DNA from: an uncultured Spirochaetota bacterium
GTDB lineage: Bacteria; Spirochaetota; Brevinematia; Brevinematales; JAOACQ01
Reading direction: 5' to 3'
DNA: 64,000 nt
NCBI GenBank assembly: GCA_963835575.1
Contig: CAWIGG010000002.1
Span: 1,760,001 to 1,824,000 of the forward strand
Under the pieces are notes generated by a model that made no database searches, had not been told where the DNA came from, and worked only from the letters and a program-made list of their open reading frames with translations. A program made the translations under genes and the position numbers. Shown in pieces: positions 50,788 through 60,639 of this stretch; position 1 is the first letter of the stretch; every line of letters starts with the position of its first letter.

Positions 50788-52221
50788 TTATTCTTTTTGA
50801 ATTTTTACCGGGAACGCTATAATAAATTCAGTTCCATCCCCTGAATTTAACCGGACAGTCCCTCTTAATTGTGAAGATAATAAATTCACCATTAATAGAC
50901 CAAACGACTTTATATTTTTACTAAAATCAAATCCGGGCGGCAGCCCTTTCCCATCATCATGAACAATTAAATTACAAAGCCGGGTATTTTTATCAACAAA
51001 TAATTTTACCAGAATTGTGCCCTTTTCTCCTTCCGGGAACGCATGTTTGATACTATTTGACACCAGTTCATTGAGAATAAGACCGCAGGGGACCGCGTCA
51101 TCAATGCCGAGATGAATATTTTCCGCCTCGATTTTTATTCTTATCTCCTGCCGTTTGTACATTGAGCGCAGGTTCTCAATCAGTTTTGGAATAAACTCCC
51201 CGAAGTCAATATCATTTTCCGCAGTGTATCCATATAACTCATTGTGTATTAGAGCCATAGCATTTATGCGGCTTATACTATCAATAAACAGATCAACAGC
51301 TTCAGGATCCTTGACATACTGCAATTGAATGTTGAACATATTATTAATAAGCTGCATGTTGTTTCTGATCCGGTGATGTATTTCCTTTATTATAATTTCT
51401 TTTTCTTTGATTGAAGCCTTGATCTTTTCTTCGGCATTTTTTATTTCCGTCATATCCCTGAATGATTCTACAGCCCCGATGATATTCCCCTGTATATCAT
51501 ATAGAATTGAAGATGTCGCCCAAATATGATTGTTTTTTTCTTTTGTTGAAGTTAGAAACCGGCCTGCAATAAGTATATCTTCGGTTCTTTGAAAAAAGTC
51601 GTATTCTTTTTCAATTTCCGTATCAGGTTTTAACATCAGATCAATAAATAAGGGCCCTTTATAACCATAAAACGGCACGGCATTTTCATATTCCCCTTTG
51701 CCGATGATATCCTGCGAATTTATACCGGATATTTTTTCCAGAGCTTTATTCCATAAATAAACTTTACCATTAACATCGATAACAAACGTCGGATCTGGAA
51801 GATTGTTTATTATAGTAAATAATAAATTTTCGGAATTTCTTACCGTTAACTCGTTCAGTTTTTTATCAGTTATATTTTTAACGCAGACGAGCCTGGCCGG
51901 CCTGCCTTCCCACGCCGTTGATATTGAAATGATCTTTACAAAAACAAGACGGCCCTTTTTGCTGATAATACGGAAGATCAAATCATCCGGCAAACCCTCA
52001 TTTTTGGCTTTTTTAATCTGAAACTCAGTGACTTTTTCTCTGTCGTCAATATGAATAAAATCAAAAATGTTTTTATCGCTTACTTCATTTATTGAATACC
52101 CTAAATCCGAAAGAGGCTTTTGATTTACAAATTCTATTTTATTATCCTGAATAACTATTATAAGATCGCTTGCGTTTTCTAATAACAACTTGTATCGGAT
52201 ATTATTGTTGTTCCCTTCCAT
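50788..52221 (-). CDS. PAS-PAS HisKA_2-type histidine kinase
   Basis: EIHHRIRNNMQ, NELVSNSIKHAF, DDGKG. Confidence 0.92.
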   Translation of the reverse strand: MEGNNNNIRYKLLLENASDLIIVIQDNKIEFVNQKPLSDLGYSINEVSDKNIFDFIHIDDREKVTEFQIKKAKNEGLPDDLIFRIISKKGRLVFVKIISISTAWEGRPARLVCVKNITDKKLNELTVRNSENLLFTIINNLPDPTFVIDVNGKVYLWNKALEKISGINSQDIIGKGEYENAVPFYGYKGPLFIDLMLKPDTEIEKEYDFFQRTEDILIAGRFLTSTKEKNNHIWATSSILYDIQGNIIGAVESFRDMTEIKNAEEKIKASIKEKEIIIKEIHHRIRNNMQLINNMFNIQLQYVKDPEAVDLFIDSISRINAMALIHNELYGYTAENDIDFGEFIPKLIENLRSMYKRQEIRIKIEAENIHLGIDDAVPCGLILNELVSNSIKHAFPEGEKGTILVKLFVDKNTRLCNLIVHDDGKGLPPGFDFSKNIKSFGLLMVNLLSSQLRGTVRLNSGDGTEFIIAFPVKIQKE

Positions 52222-52367
52222 ATATTACTCCTGTGAAAAACCTACTCTCGGCGCAAATTTTTCTCTCAGGTGTTTCCTGCGAGAGAGGTTTCCGATATCC
52301 AGAGGGGTTTCTGAATGTATGCCTGATCGGAAGCGGCTGCTGATTATGCAGGACCCGCCGGACTTTT

Positions 52368-52520
52368 CTATCTGCGGCCGAAAAGTAACCAAATAATAAT
52401 CAAAATAATCGCAATAACCAGTAAAACATGGATGCCGCCGCCCAGAGTATAAGACGTAATCAAACCTAACAGCCACAACACAAAAAGAATCAGACCGGCA
52501 GCCAACAGTAAATTAGCCAT
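52368..52520 (-). CDS. lmo0937-like 50-aa membrane protein (not in ORF track)
   Basis: MANLLLAAGLILFVLWLLGLITSYTLGGGIHVLLVIAIILIIIWLLFGRR; GGAGG RBS. Confidence 0.85.
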   Translation of the reverse strand: MANLLLAAGLILFVLWLLGLITSYTLGGGIHVLLVIAIILIIIWLLFGRR

Positions 52521-52880
52521 TTTTTCCTCCTATTATTGATTTTAAAAACAGGCATGCATTCCAGTGCCCGTAAGCGGCTTTTATTTTTTCATGCATATAA
52601 AGTTAGGACAAAGGTCTATAATTTCAAATCCGTTGCCGGAATTCCGCAAGAATAAAAATCCATGAATTTCATATACTTTTTTTCGGCCCTATGGGACTAT
52701 CCGTCGATTCGGACTGCTTGTTAAACTTAAACTGAACAATTTATTTTAAATTTATCTAAAGCGTATATATTTTCAAACTTCCACCCCGGCCGGAGCCTGT
52801 CCTGAGAACAACGAAGGACGCGGGGTGGAAATTTGACTATTATTAAGCTTATGCTAAAAAATCGCTCAATTTAAGTTAAA

Positions 52881-55673
52881 TTACTTTACTGTCATATTAA
52901 AAACCCAATCCCAATCCGTGGGGGGCGGATTCTTCTTAAAGATGACGCAGCGGATATAAAACACTCCGCTTGGCCCATCTTTGAATTTCTCAACATTTTC
53001 ATTAAATATGGCCCGCGCTTCATCCCATTTTTTTTCACGGTAGAGTTTAAGGCCTTTTTCAAAGTTCTCTTTTATCGCGATGGCTTTCTTATTTATCTTG
53101 CTCTTTTCCCCGAGAATTTCATATATTTTAATCGGTTCTTTTTTCCCCTTTACCGTCATTAAATCAATTTCCCTGCATAGATATATATTGTGTGCCTGAT
53201 TATAGACGCTTTCCGTTATTAAAGATTTTGTTTTGTACTCTTTATTTGCCCCTTCCAGTCTTGCCGCAATATTAACAGTATCTCCAATGCAGGTAAAGTC
53301 CATCCTTTCCCTCGCGCCCATACTTCCGAATATAGCCTGGCCGGAGTTAATGCCGATCCCTATGTCAATAAACGGCGCATTGTTCGCGATGTTTTTTTCC
53401 TTTTCCGCCTGCATGGCTTTCTGGATTTCGAGGCTCGCCTTGCAGGCATTCAATTCTTTGTCTGGACCGTCAAAAACAGCCATCACTTCATCGCCCACAA
53501 ATTTATCAATATCGCCTTTATTTTCTAGTATGATTTGTGTCTGCAAATCCAGATAATAATTTAAAATTGATACAACTTCGTTTGGACTTTTACCCTCGCT
53601 CAAGGTTGTAAACCCCCGTATGTCCGTAAAAACGAATGCCAGGTCCTTTATTGTGGATGTTTTTCCCTTTTTTTCAGAATACTGGAGCGTTGAAGCGGAA
53701 ATATAGGGAATAATGCCCTTGATCACCGTCACCATTTTGTTTATCTCAATGGAAAGTGTTTTGATTTCATCTCGAGTATGAATCATATCTTCATACTGCA
53801 GATTGGATGCCTTGATTTCTTCACTGCCTTTAATCATATTAGATAAGGTAGAGCTGATTTTTCTGGTATTCATCTGCAGGAATAAAATTGGAAAAACAAT
53901 ATTAGTACCAATAATGTACACTAAAATGACAGCCAGATAAATGATCATTATTGCGAATATTAAAATCCGGAACTGGGTTTGGCGATAAGTTTTAAATATC
54001 TCATCCTGCTTATATTGAACAATGGAATATCCCAATTTCTTTTGTCCCATTAAAATCGGGGCAATGATATCGTAATTCTTCGTCTGGCTGTTATACTGAT
54101 TAGTGACTTCATCAATTGTGTAGTAATCCCTTTTCAATTCTTTACCCGCAAGCTTGTTATCCGTTGACATATAGACAAAAGATCTATCATATGACTTAAC
54201 ATTTCTATACCAGGAGATGGAATCAAAAGCCAGGGTTGCCCCCTTGTTTTTTGCCGCCTGTCTTTTAAAATAGGTGTCGACCTCAATGTTGAGCATTTTT
54301 CTTTCTCTTGCGCTGTCTTTCAGATTTCCCAGTATAAAACCGGCGCTTTGTTCGGCAAGAACTGTTCCCGTCGCAATTACTGAATCTACAATGGTCTTTT
54401 TGAATTGACTCAAGAGCAGCGAACTAAGTGATAATATTATGACCAGATTGGTGATAATAAATACCAATAACAGCTTTTGTAAAATTCCAAGCCGCCCCAG
54501 CTTTTGCTGCAGTTTTATTTGCTGCATTGCACCGCTGGATTTTGACAGCGCGACATAACTTTTGTAGGATGAACTGAGATATCGATAATTATTGATGATA
54601 TTGATCAGCTGTATAATACTATACACGATAGATGATATAATAATTATCACGGTAAAAAGATCTAATGAAAATAAATCACTTATTTCAGTACTTCTTTTTA
54701 AAATAATTAATATTAAGAAAAGAAGCGTCAGCCCGGAAAAGATGAAATTGATAATAAAAGACAGATAAAGATTTGGACTGAAAACTCCGGGATATTTCTC
54801 TTTTAAAAATACAGAGACGATTTTAAATAATAATACGGCGGGGGTTAAATAGAGTAAAAATGAAAGCAGGAAAAGCCAGAAATAGGGCACACCCACACTA
54901 TTCTTAAAGCTGTCAAAATTCGCGGTAATCTTTATTAATTCAATTTTGAAACCCGTGCTGACAATAAATAAGGGCGCCATCAGCCAGTAAAGGACCGCCG
55001 TGAAGAATACAATATCAATAATTATAAATATTCTATTCCATTTTATTTCCTTATTAGTGATAATAAAAACCGATAACAGCTTTTCTAAAATTCCAGGCCG
55101 CCCCGGCTTTTGCTTCGGGTTTATTTGCTGCATTGCATCGCCGGATTTTGACTGCGCGGCATGACTTTGTTTTGAAGGAATGAGATATCGAATATTATTG
55201 ATGATATTGATTAGCTGGATAATACTATACACGATAGATGATATAATAATTATCACGGTAAAAAGATCTAATGAAAATAAATCACTTATTTCAGTACTTC
55301 TTTTTAAAATAATCAATATTATGAAAAGAAGCGTCAGCCCGGAAAAGATGAAATTGATAATAAAAGACAGATAAAGATTTGGACTGAAAACTCCGGGATA
55401 TTTCCCTTTCAAAAATAGAGAGGCGATTTTAAATAATAATACGGCGGGAGTTAAATAGAGTAAAAATGAAAGCAGGAAAAGCCAGAAATAGGGCACACCC
55501 ACACTATTCTTAAAGCTGTCAAAATTCGCGGTAATTTTTATTAATTCAATTTTGAAACCCGTGCCGGCAATAAATAAGGGCGCCATCAGCCAGTAAAGGA
55601 CCGCCGTGAAGAATACAATATCAATAATTAGAAATAACCAGTTCCATTTTTTTTCATTCATATCCTGCTCCAA
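52881..55673 (-). CDS. class III adenylate cyclase with duplicated N-terminal membrane domain
   Basis: FTDIRGFT, DKFVGDE, GIGIN.G, DFT.IGDTVN.AARLE, VKGK. Confidence 0.93.
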   Translation of the reverse strand: MEQDMNEKKWNWLFLIIDIVFFTAVLYWLMAPLFIAGTGFKIELIKITANFDSFKNSVGVPYFWLFLLSFLLYLTPAVLLFKIASLFLKGKYPGVFSPNLYLSFIINFIFSGLTLLFIILIILKRSTEISDLFSLDLFTVIIIISSIVYSIIQLINIINNIRYLIPSKQSHAAQSKSGDAMQQINPKQKPGRPGILEKLLSVFIITNKEIKWNRIFIIIDIVFFTAVLYWLMAPLFIVSTGFKIELIKITANFDSFKNSVGVPYFWLFLLSFLLYLTPAVLLFKIVSVFLKEKYPGVFSPNLYLSFIINFIFSGLTLLFLILIILKRSTEISDLFSLDLFTVIIIISSIVYSIIQLINIINNYRYLSSSYKSYVALSKSSGAMQQIKLQQKLGRLGILQKLLLVFIITNLVIILSLSSLLLSQFKKTIVDSVIATGTVLAEQSAGFILGNLKDSARERKMLNIEVDTYFKRQAAKNKGATLAFDSISWYRNVKSYDRSFVYMSTDNKLAGKELKRDYYTIDEVTNQYNSQTKNYDIIAPILMGQKKLGYSIVQYKQDEIFKTYRQTQFRILIFAIMIIYLAVILVYIIGTNIVFPILFLQMNTRKISSTLSNMIKGSEEIKASNLQYEDMIHTRDEIKTLSIEINKMVTVIKGIIPYISASTLQYSEKKGKTSTIKDLAFVFTDIRGFTTLSEGKSPNEVVSILNYYLDLQTQIILENKGDIDKFVGDEVMAVFDGPDKELNACKASLEIQKAMQAEKEKNIANNAPFIDIGIGINSGQAIFGSMGARERMDFTCIGDTVNIAARLEGANKEYKTKSLITESVYNQAHNIYLCREIDLMTVKGKKEPIKIYEILGEKSKINKKAIAIKENFEKGLKLYREKKWDEARAIFNENVEKFKDGPSGVFYIRCVIFKKNPPPTDWDWVFNMTVK
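54451..55650 (-). repeat. 606-bp-period in-frame tandem duplication
   Basis: 54451-55044 is nearly identical to 55057-55650. Confidence 0.95.
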
Positions 55674-56942
55674 TTAATATAATTCCAATATTTTCAACTC
55701 GGATTTTGCTTTTTTCAGGTAATTCCCGGCATCTTTGTAATTGGGAGATACTGTCAATGTATTTTGAAATTCCTTAACGGCGTACGAATAATTTCCGCTG
55801 ACAAAATCAGTTACGCCGTCATTATAAACAATATCTAAGAGCGCTATCACTTTGGCTTTTCTATTATCCAACTCTTTGATGTTGTCTTTAACTTTGGTCA
55901 ATGTTTTTATGAAATTGATTTTTTGATAAGCTAATGCGATTTCCTTCTGATCTATCAAGTCATCAATTTCAGAAATCCAGCTGCTGAAAGAACCCGCGAC
56001 ATCAACCTTATTTTTTCTATTCTGAATTTTAGCCTGCAAAACCTGGGCTTCATTGGTTTTTTTAAATGTTAACGCCAGATCAATTTTTTCATATGCCAGG
56101 TCGAATCGATTTGAATCATACAATTTTTTAGACCAGTCAAAATAGAAATTGAACTGAAGGTCTTTTAAAACAGCGTCATATTTACGGTTCACACAGAGAT
56201 TATATTTATTTAATATTTTAAACCTGATTTCCGCATCATGGTTTTTATTTTTTTCTATTAGATTTTTGGTTTCTGAAATAATGAAATCCATATCGCCGGA
56301 TAGAATATTCGCAAAATCGGACCTTTTTGCCGTGAGATTGTTTTCCTGAGATGAGCCCAATAAAAGCGCTTTATTAAATTTTTCTATAATGGGAACAACA
56401 GCGTTTCCCTGAATAATTTTGTTTGCAAGCTTTTCTATCAATTTGAGCTCTGCATCGCCGTAAGAAAGCATTTTTCCGGCCAGTTCTTCCCTGATATCTT
56501 TTGTTTTAACTCGGAGGGTGATGACTTCATTATTGGTAGGATCGATTTGATATACTTTCTGCAATGTTATGCAGAGGTTATAATTATCATCATCCGTCCT
56601 TCTCTTTTTTTTAGCCAGGTTATTTTTCACGATTTTAATGTTCTTTGCAATAGCGTTACTGACATAATTTGCCGTTTTTTGTAAATAAATACCGGCGTCT
56701 TGATTTTTCGGGTCTAATTTTAATGATTCCTGCAGAATATTTTTTATATTCGGAACAAATGTTATATCGTCCTTTTCAATCATGATATTGTATAAGAGGA
56801 TCCCTTTATCACTGAGTAATACAGATTTTTCCTTATCGCTAAAGTTATTTATTATTAGGTTTTCTCCTTTTGTGTTGCCTGCCGCGCAGCCGTTAAAAAA
56901 ATACAAACCAATAACAATAAAAAACACTATAAAATTATTCAT
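55674..56942 (-). CDS. TPR-like helical lipoprotein
   Basis: Likely start MNNFIVFF...FNGC; TPR-like C-terminus (GNYSYAVKEF...SPNYKDA); abuts the cyclase. Confidence 0.75.
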   Translation of the reverse strand: MNNFIVFFIVIGLYFFNGCAAGNTKGENLIINNFSDKEKSVLLSDKGILLYNIMIEKDDITFVPNIKNILQESLKLDPKNQDAGIYLQKTANYVSNAIAKNIKIVKNNLAKKKRRTDDDNYNLCITLQKVYQIDPTNNEVITLRVKTKDIREELAGKMLSYGDAELKLIEKLANKIIQGNAVVPIIEKFNKALLLGSSQENNLTAKRSDFANILSGDMDFIISETKNLIEKNKNHDAEIRFKILNKYNLCVNRKYDAVLKDLQFNFYFDWSKKLYDSNRFDLAYEKIDLALTFKKTNEAQVLQAKIQNRKNKVDVAGSFSSWISEIDDLIDQKEIALAYQKINFIKTLTKVKDNIKELDNRKAKVIALLDIVYNDGVTDFVSGNYSYAVKEFQNTLTVSPNYKDAGNYLKKAKSELKILELY

Positions 56943-57089
56943 TTTACCACCTTCAATATATGAACTTTCAAAATAACTACTATTATATAGTTTAGTTAAT
57001 TTTCGAAGCTTTGACAAATTAAAATAACTTTTTTTTCCGATTCTTGATGAGGACCTTAGATAGTAATCAAAGCTGTGCCATTGACTCAA

Positions 57090-57611
57090 AAAATCATTCA
57101 CTCCCCGCGGATGCGGGGAATGAATAGGAAATACCGCTACTACCGGAGAAACCGCATTAAGAACCTAATTTGTATTTCGCCTTAACCTTTTTTTCCGCGT
57201 TCAGCCAATCGGTCATTTCATTACCGGGAGACCCTTTTTTGTTTCTTTCAAGATAAAAATCGTAGGCCTTCTTTTCAATCTCGCCCAGAAATTCCTTCAA
57301 TTCCGGTCTTGCCGATTTTTTTGCCGCTTCCGGCTTACCCGCTGTCTTTTTCATTTCCATGTCATTCCTCCTAATTTATTTTTATTAAATTTATAATTAT
57401 ATACTTTATATAATGGACAGTTGTAAAAAAGGTTCTTTAAAATTATCCGGTCTTAATGGAAATAGACTATGCACTTGCGGATTCTCTGCAATGCGTAAAG
57501 AGAAAACGGAATTTAATTGAACTAAAAACAAAAACCGTTTGTATTGTAGAGAGGTTAACATAAACTTACAAATTAAGTATACTTATTATAATGTTAGAAG
57601 TCAATAGCAGC
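57090..57611 (+). repeat. ~520-bp direct repeat, copy 2
   Basis: Aligns with 48151-48672. Confidence 0.9.
57157..57360 (-). CDS. DUF2934-like small protein, copy 2
   Basis: Near-identical to 48219..48422. Confidence 0.85.
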   Translation of the reverse strand: MEMKKTAGKPEAAKKSARPELKEFLGEIEKKAYDFYLERNKKGSPGNEMTDWLNAEKKVKAKYKLGS

Positions 57612-57768
57612 TTAAAATAGCCATTATCAGGTTAAACAGACATTATTTTTGACCGGATACAACAGATCCCGGCTTATATTTTTGCAAAGATTATGAATAA
57701 AGCTTAAAATTACCCTGAATATTTTTTTGGATACAACTATTTAGAAGGATCGATACTGGAGTTGAAAA

Positions 57769-58242
57769 ATGAAACCGGAAAACTCGATGCAGATACTCCT
57801 GGATGCCGACGCTGCGCCGGCCGCCGTCAAGGAGATCCTTTTCAAGGCGGCTCAGCGGATTCGGGTGCCTCTGATCCTGTTCGCGAATATGCCCCTGAAA
57901 ATACCCGCTTCCGGATTGATATCCATGGTCACTGTTCCTGAGGGTCCTGATGAAGCGGACCATGAAATAGCGCGGACAGTGGAAAAAGGCGACCTGGTCA
58001 TTACGAATGACATTCCTCTCGCCGACCGGGTCATCAGCAAAGGCGCTCAAGCGATCAACTTCCGCGGGGAACTCTACACAGCTGACAACATTAAGCAGTA
58101 CCTTGTCATGCGGGATCTCATGGAAAACCTGCGGAACATTGATATACGGACTGGCGGGCCGGCGCCGTTCAGCCAGAAAGACCGCCGGAACTTCGCCAAC
58201 CAGCTTGACGGCTATCTGACAAAGTACCTTAAAAAAGAATAG
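57769..58242 (+). CDS. yaiI: YaiI/YqxD (UPF0178) family protein
   Basis: LDADA.P, DEAD..I, GDLVIT.DIPLA, GGPAPF...DR..FANQLD. Confidence 0.9.
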   Translation: MKPENSMQILLDADAAPAAVKEILFKAAQRIRVPLILFANMPLKIPASGLISMVTVPEGPDEADHEIARTVEKGDLVITNDIPLADRVISKGAQAINFRGELYTADNIKQYLVMRDLMENLRNIDIRTGGPAPFSQKDRRNFANQLDGYLTKYLKKE

Positions 58243-58343
58243 AAGTGAGTTCCCTGGATTTTACAAAAGGAAAATGTTTAATTAGTTCACATCTTTCCGG
58301 AAATGCTGTATAATAATAATCATTTATTTTTGTGGAGGCCTTT

Positions 58344-58445
58344 ATGGGCGAAAAGAACAAAGGATCGAAAGAAACAAAGAAGAAACCCCTGAAAACCCTG
58401 AAGGAAAAAAGAAAAGAAAAACAGGCGAAAAAAGCAGAGAGATAA
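58344..58445 (+). CDS. 33-aa Lys-rich small protein (not in ORF track)
   Basis: MGEKNKGSKETKKKPLKTLKEKRKEKQAKKAER with GGAGG RBS at 58334. Confidence 0.65.
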   Translation: MGEKNKGSKETKKKPLKTLKEKRKEKQAKKAER

Positions 58446-58499
58446 ATCCGGTTTCACAGTAATACTGGAAATTTAATCAGCGCTTTTTATTTCTAACTT

Positions 58500-58620
58500 T
58501 TATTTCGCGCCCTTTTCAATGAGCAGCTTTGTTATCTCAGTTTGATTTTTCTCCGTAGTAACCATCAAAGCAGTTTTGCCGTTCTTATCCTTCACGTTAA
58601 GTTACACACCCTTTTTCATG
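58500..58620 (-). pseudogene. ankyrin-repeat gene remnant
   Basis: KKGV*LNVKDKNGKTALMV...EITKLLIEKGAK*. Confidence 0.7.
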
Positions 58621-58649
58621 TGCCGGCTTTTTTTCATACTTCCAAAAAT

Positions 58650-58779
58650 AGCCGCAGAATTTCACGCAATAACACTGAGTATTTATATGTTATTGAGTAA
58701 GAAAATGTTTTTTAAGGTTTAAAAATTTTAATACTTTATTTCTGTGAACTTCTGTGCAATTCTGTGCAATTCTGTGGCA
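58650..58779. repeat. 10-nt periodic inverted arms
   Basis: GCCGCAGAAT TTCACGCAAT AACACTGAG ... TTCTGTGAAC TTCTGTGCAA TTCTGTGCAA TTCTGTGGC. Confidence 0.75.
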
Positions 58780-58789
58780 AATTATCCTT

Positions 58790-59854
58790 TCACGCGTCCA
58801 GCGATTTGAGCATTTCTTCCTGCTCGTTCATGATGCACGCGTTGATCAACTCATTGCAGTCGCCGTTCATGATCATATCGAGCTTGTAGAGAGTGAGATT
58901 GATGCGGTGGTCCGTCAGCCGGTTCTGAGGAAAATTATAGGTGCGGATCTTTTCCGAACGGTCGCCGGTGCGGATTGAATTCCGCCGTAGCGCCGTGTCA
59001 TTATCAACTTTCTTCTGAAGCTCCAGGTCGAGCAGCTTCGAGCGGAGGATCCTCATGGCACTGGCCCTGTTCTGGATCTGGGACCTCTCTTCCTGACATG
59101 CTACGACAACACCCGAAGGCATATGCGTGATGCGAATGGCGGATTCCGTTTTGTTGACATACTGCCCGCCGGCGCCGCCCGCGCGGTAAGTGTCTATCTT
59201 CAAATCCGCCGGGTCTATCTTGACATCCACCTCGTCCGCTTCCGGCAGGACCACAACCGAGGCCGTGGATGTATGGATGCGGCCGCCGGCTTCAGTTTCC
59301 GGTATGCGCTGGACGCGGTGCACGCCGCTTTCGAACTTCATATGCCCGTAAACGTCCTTGCCTTTTATTGAAAACACGATTTCCTTATACCCGCCGAGGC
59401 CTGTGTCGTTAAAATCCAGGACCTCGTATTTCCACCGCTTGAGCTCCGAATAACGGGTGTACATCCGGAAGAGGTCGCCGGCGAAAAGCGCGGCCTCGTC
59501 GCCGCCGGTCCCGGCGCGTATTTCAACGATGATGTTCTTCGATTCCATCTCGTCCTTCGGCAGGAGCATGGCAAGGATTTCCTTTTCCAGGACCGTTTTT
59601 CTCTGGGCGAGCTTTTCATTATCTTCCTTCGCCATTTTTTTTATCTCGTCGTCCTCATTGGAATTAAGCATTTCATGGTTATTCGCGATTTCCTTTTCGA
59701 TTTTTTCTATCTCATTGTATTTCTCGACAAAAGGGGCAAGCTCGGCCCGGTCCTTGGCCAGCTTGATGAATTCAGGGCCCGTCGGCTGCATGGATGAAAG
59801 TTTTACACCCATATCATCATACTTTTTGACAAGGGCCACCGCTTTTGGATGCAT
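58790..59854 (-). CDS. prfA: peptide chain release factor 1
   Basis: GTGGDEA, PET recognition loop, GGQ, YNFPQNR. Confidence 0.97.
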   Translation of the reverse strand: MHPKAVALVKKYDDMGVKLSSMQPTGPEFIKLAKDRAELAPFVEKYNEIEKIEKEIANNHEMLNSNEDDEIKKMAKEDNEKLAQRKTVLEKEILAMLLPKDEMESKNIIVEIRAGTGGDEAALFAGDLFRMYTRYSELKRWKYEVLDFNDTGLGGYKEIVFSIKGKDVYGHMKFESGVHRVQRIPETEAGGRIHTSTASVVVLPEADEVDVKIDPADLKIDTYRAGGAGGQYVNKTESAIRITHMPSGVVVACQEERSQIQNRASAMRILRSKLLDLELQKKVDNDTALRRNSIRTGDRSEKIRTYNFPQNRLTDHRINLTLYKLDMIMNGDCNELINACIMNEQEEMLKSLDA

Positions 59855-60099
59855 GGATCGCTCCTCTCATTAATCGTCGATGAATATTATATCAAATATT
59901 TAAAAAAATGGAAAGGGAATGAATCTTCGGAATGCTCGGCAGGGCCCGACCCGGTCTTGAATATTCCTGACGCTGAGACGGCTGCCGTAATTATTTCCCT
60001 GTCAGTTTTTGATATTTTTCCGGCGGCGGGGTAGAATTAACACCGGCAGTCCGGAACAGAAAACCGGCTGATTCAATATGAAATTTCAAGGAAAATACC

Positions 60100-60444
60100 A
60101 TGTCCGTCATTCAGATTTTCGGCTCGAAAAAGTGCCGCGACACACAGAAAGCCGAACGTTTCTTCAAGGAACGCGGAATAAAATACCAGTTCATCGACCT
60201 GGCGGAAAAAGGGATGTCTCCCGGAGAACTGGATTCCGTCCGTTCCGTTATTCCCCTGGAAAAACTCATCAACCTGGAATCAAAGGAATTCTCCAGGCTG
60301 AACCTGGCTTTTATGAAGTTTGACATCCTCGAAAAACTGCTGGAATACCCGCTTTTGCTGAATACACCCGTTGTCCGCCGCGGTAAATCCGCGGCATGCG
60401 GATTTGATCCGGCAGGATGGGAAAAAATTGCGGAACTCGATTGA
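60100..60444 (+). CDS. ArsC/Spx-like family protein
   Basis: QIFG.KKC.DT.KAERFFKER, PLLL.TPVVR. Confidence 0.88.
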   Translation: MSVIQIFGSKKCRDTQKAERFFKERGIKYQFIDLAEKGMSPGELDSVRSVIPLEKLINLESKEFSRLNLAFMKFDILEKLLEYPLLLNTPVVRRGKSAACGFDPAGWEKIAELD

Positions 60445-60469
60445 AAAGAAAATAACTATTCCAAATCTC

Positions 60470-60542
60470 TGGAGATGAGGGGATTTGAACCCCCGGCCCC
60501 TGCATTGCGAACGCAGTGCTCTCCCAGCTGAGCTACATCCCC
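60470..60542 (-). tRNA. tRNA-Ala(CGC), CCA not encoded
   Basis: GGGGATGTAGCTCAGCTGGGAGAGCACTGCGTTCGCAATGCAGGGGCCGGGGGTTCAAATCCCCTCATCTCCA; anticodon loop TTCGCAA; G3-U70 pair. Confidence 0.95.
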
Positions 60543-60639
60543 GGGTCAGTCAACAGTTGAAAGTTAATAGTCGGAAACCGACAGCAGGAATATGATAAGT
60601 ATTTTCTCATCATTTGTCGACTTTTTTAAGGTATTACTT

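Noticed and set aside
52245..52360. Glycine riboswitch (CTCTCAGG motif)
   Set aside because: Other conserved elements are missing and the motif is on the opposite strand to the downstream gene.
56943..57101. N-terminal extension of the 475-aa ORF
   Set aside because: It starts inside the repeat/hairpin region; RBS and lipoprotein signal indicate a start at 56942.
48151..57611. Diversity-generating retroelement TR/VR pairs (DUF2934, cyclase or ankyrin duplicates)
   Set aside because: Differences between copies are not adenine-specific, and the only RT remnant is of group II intron type.
60470..60542. tRNA-Ala as the integration site of an island
   Set aside because: No duplicated tRNA 3' end or integrase was found in the window.
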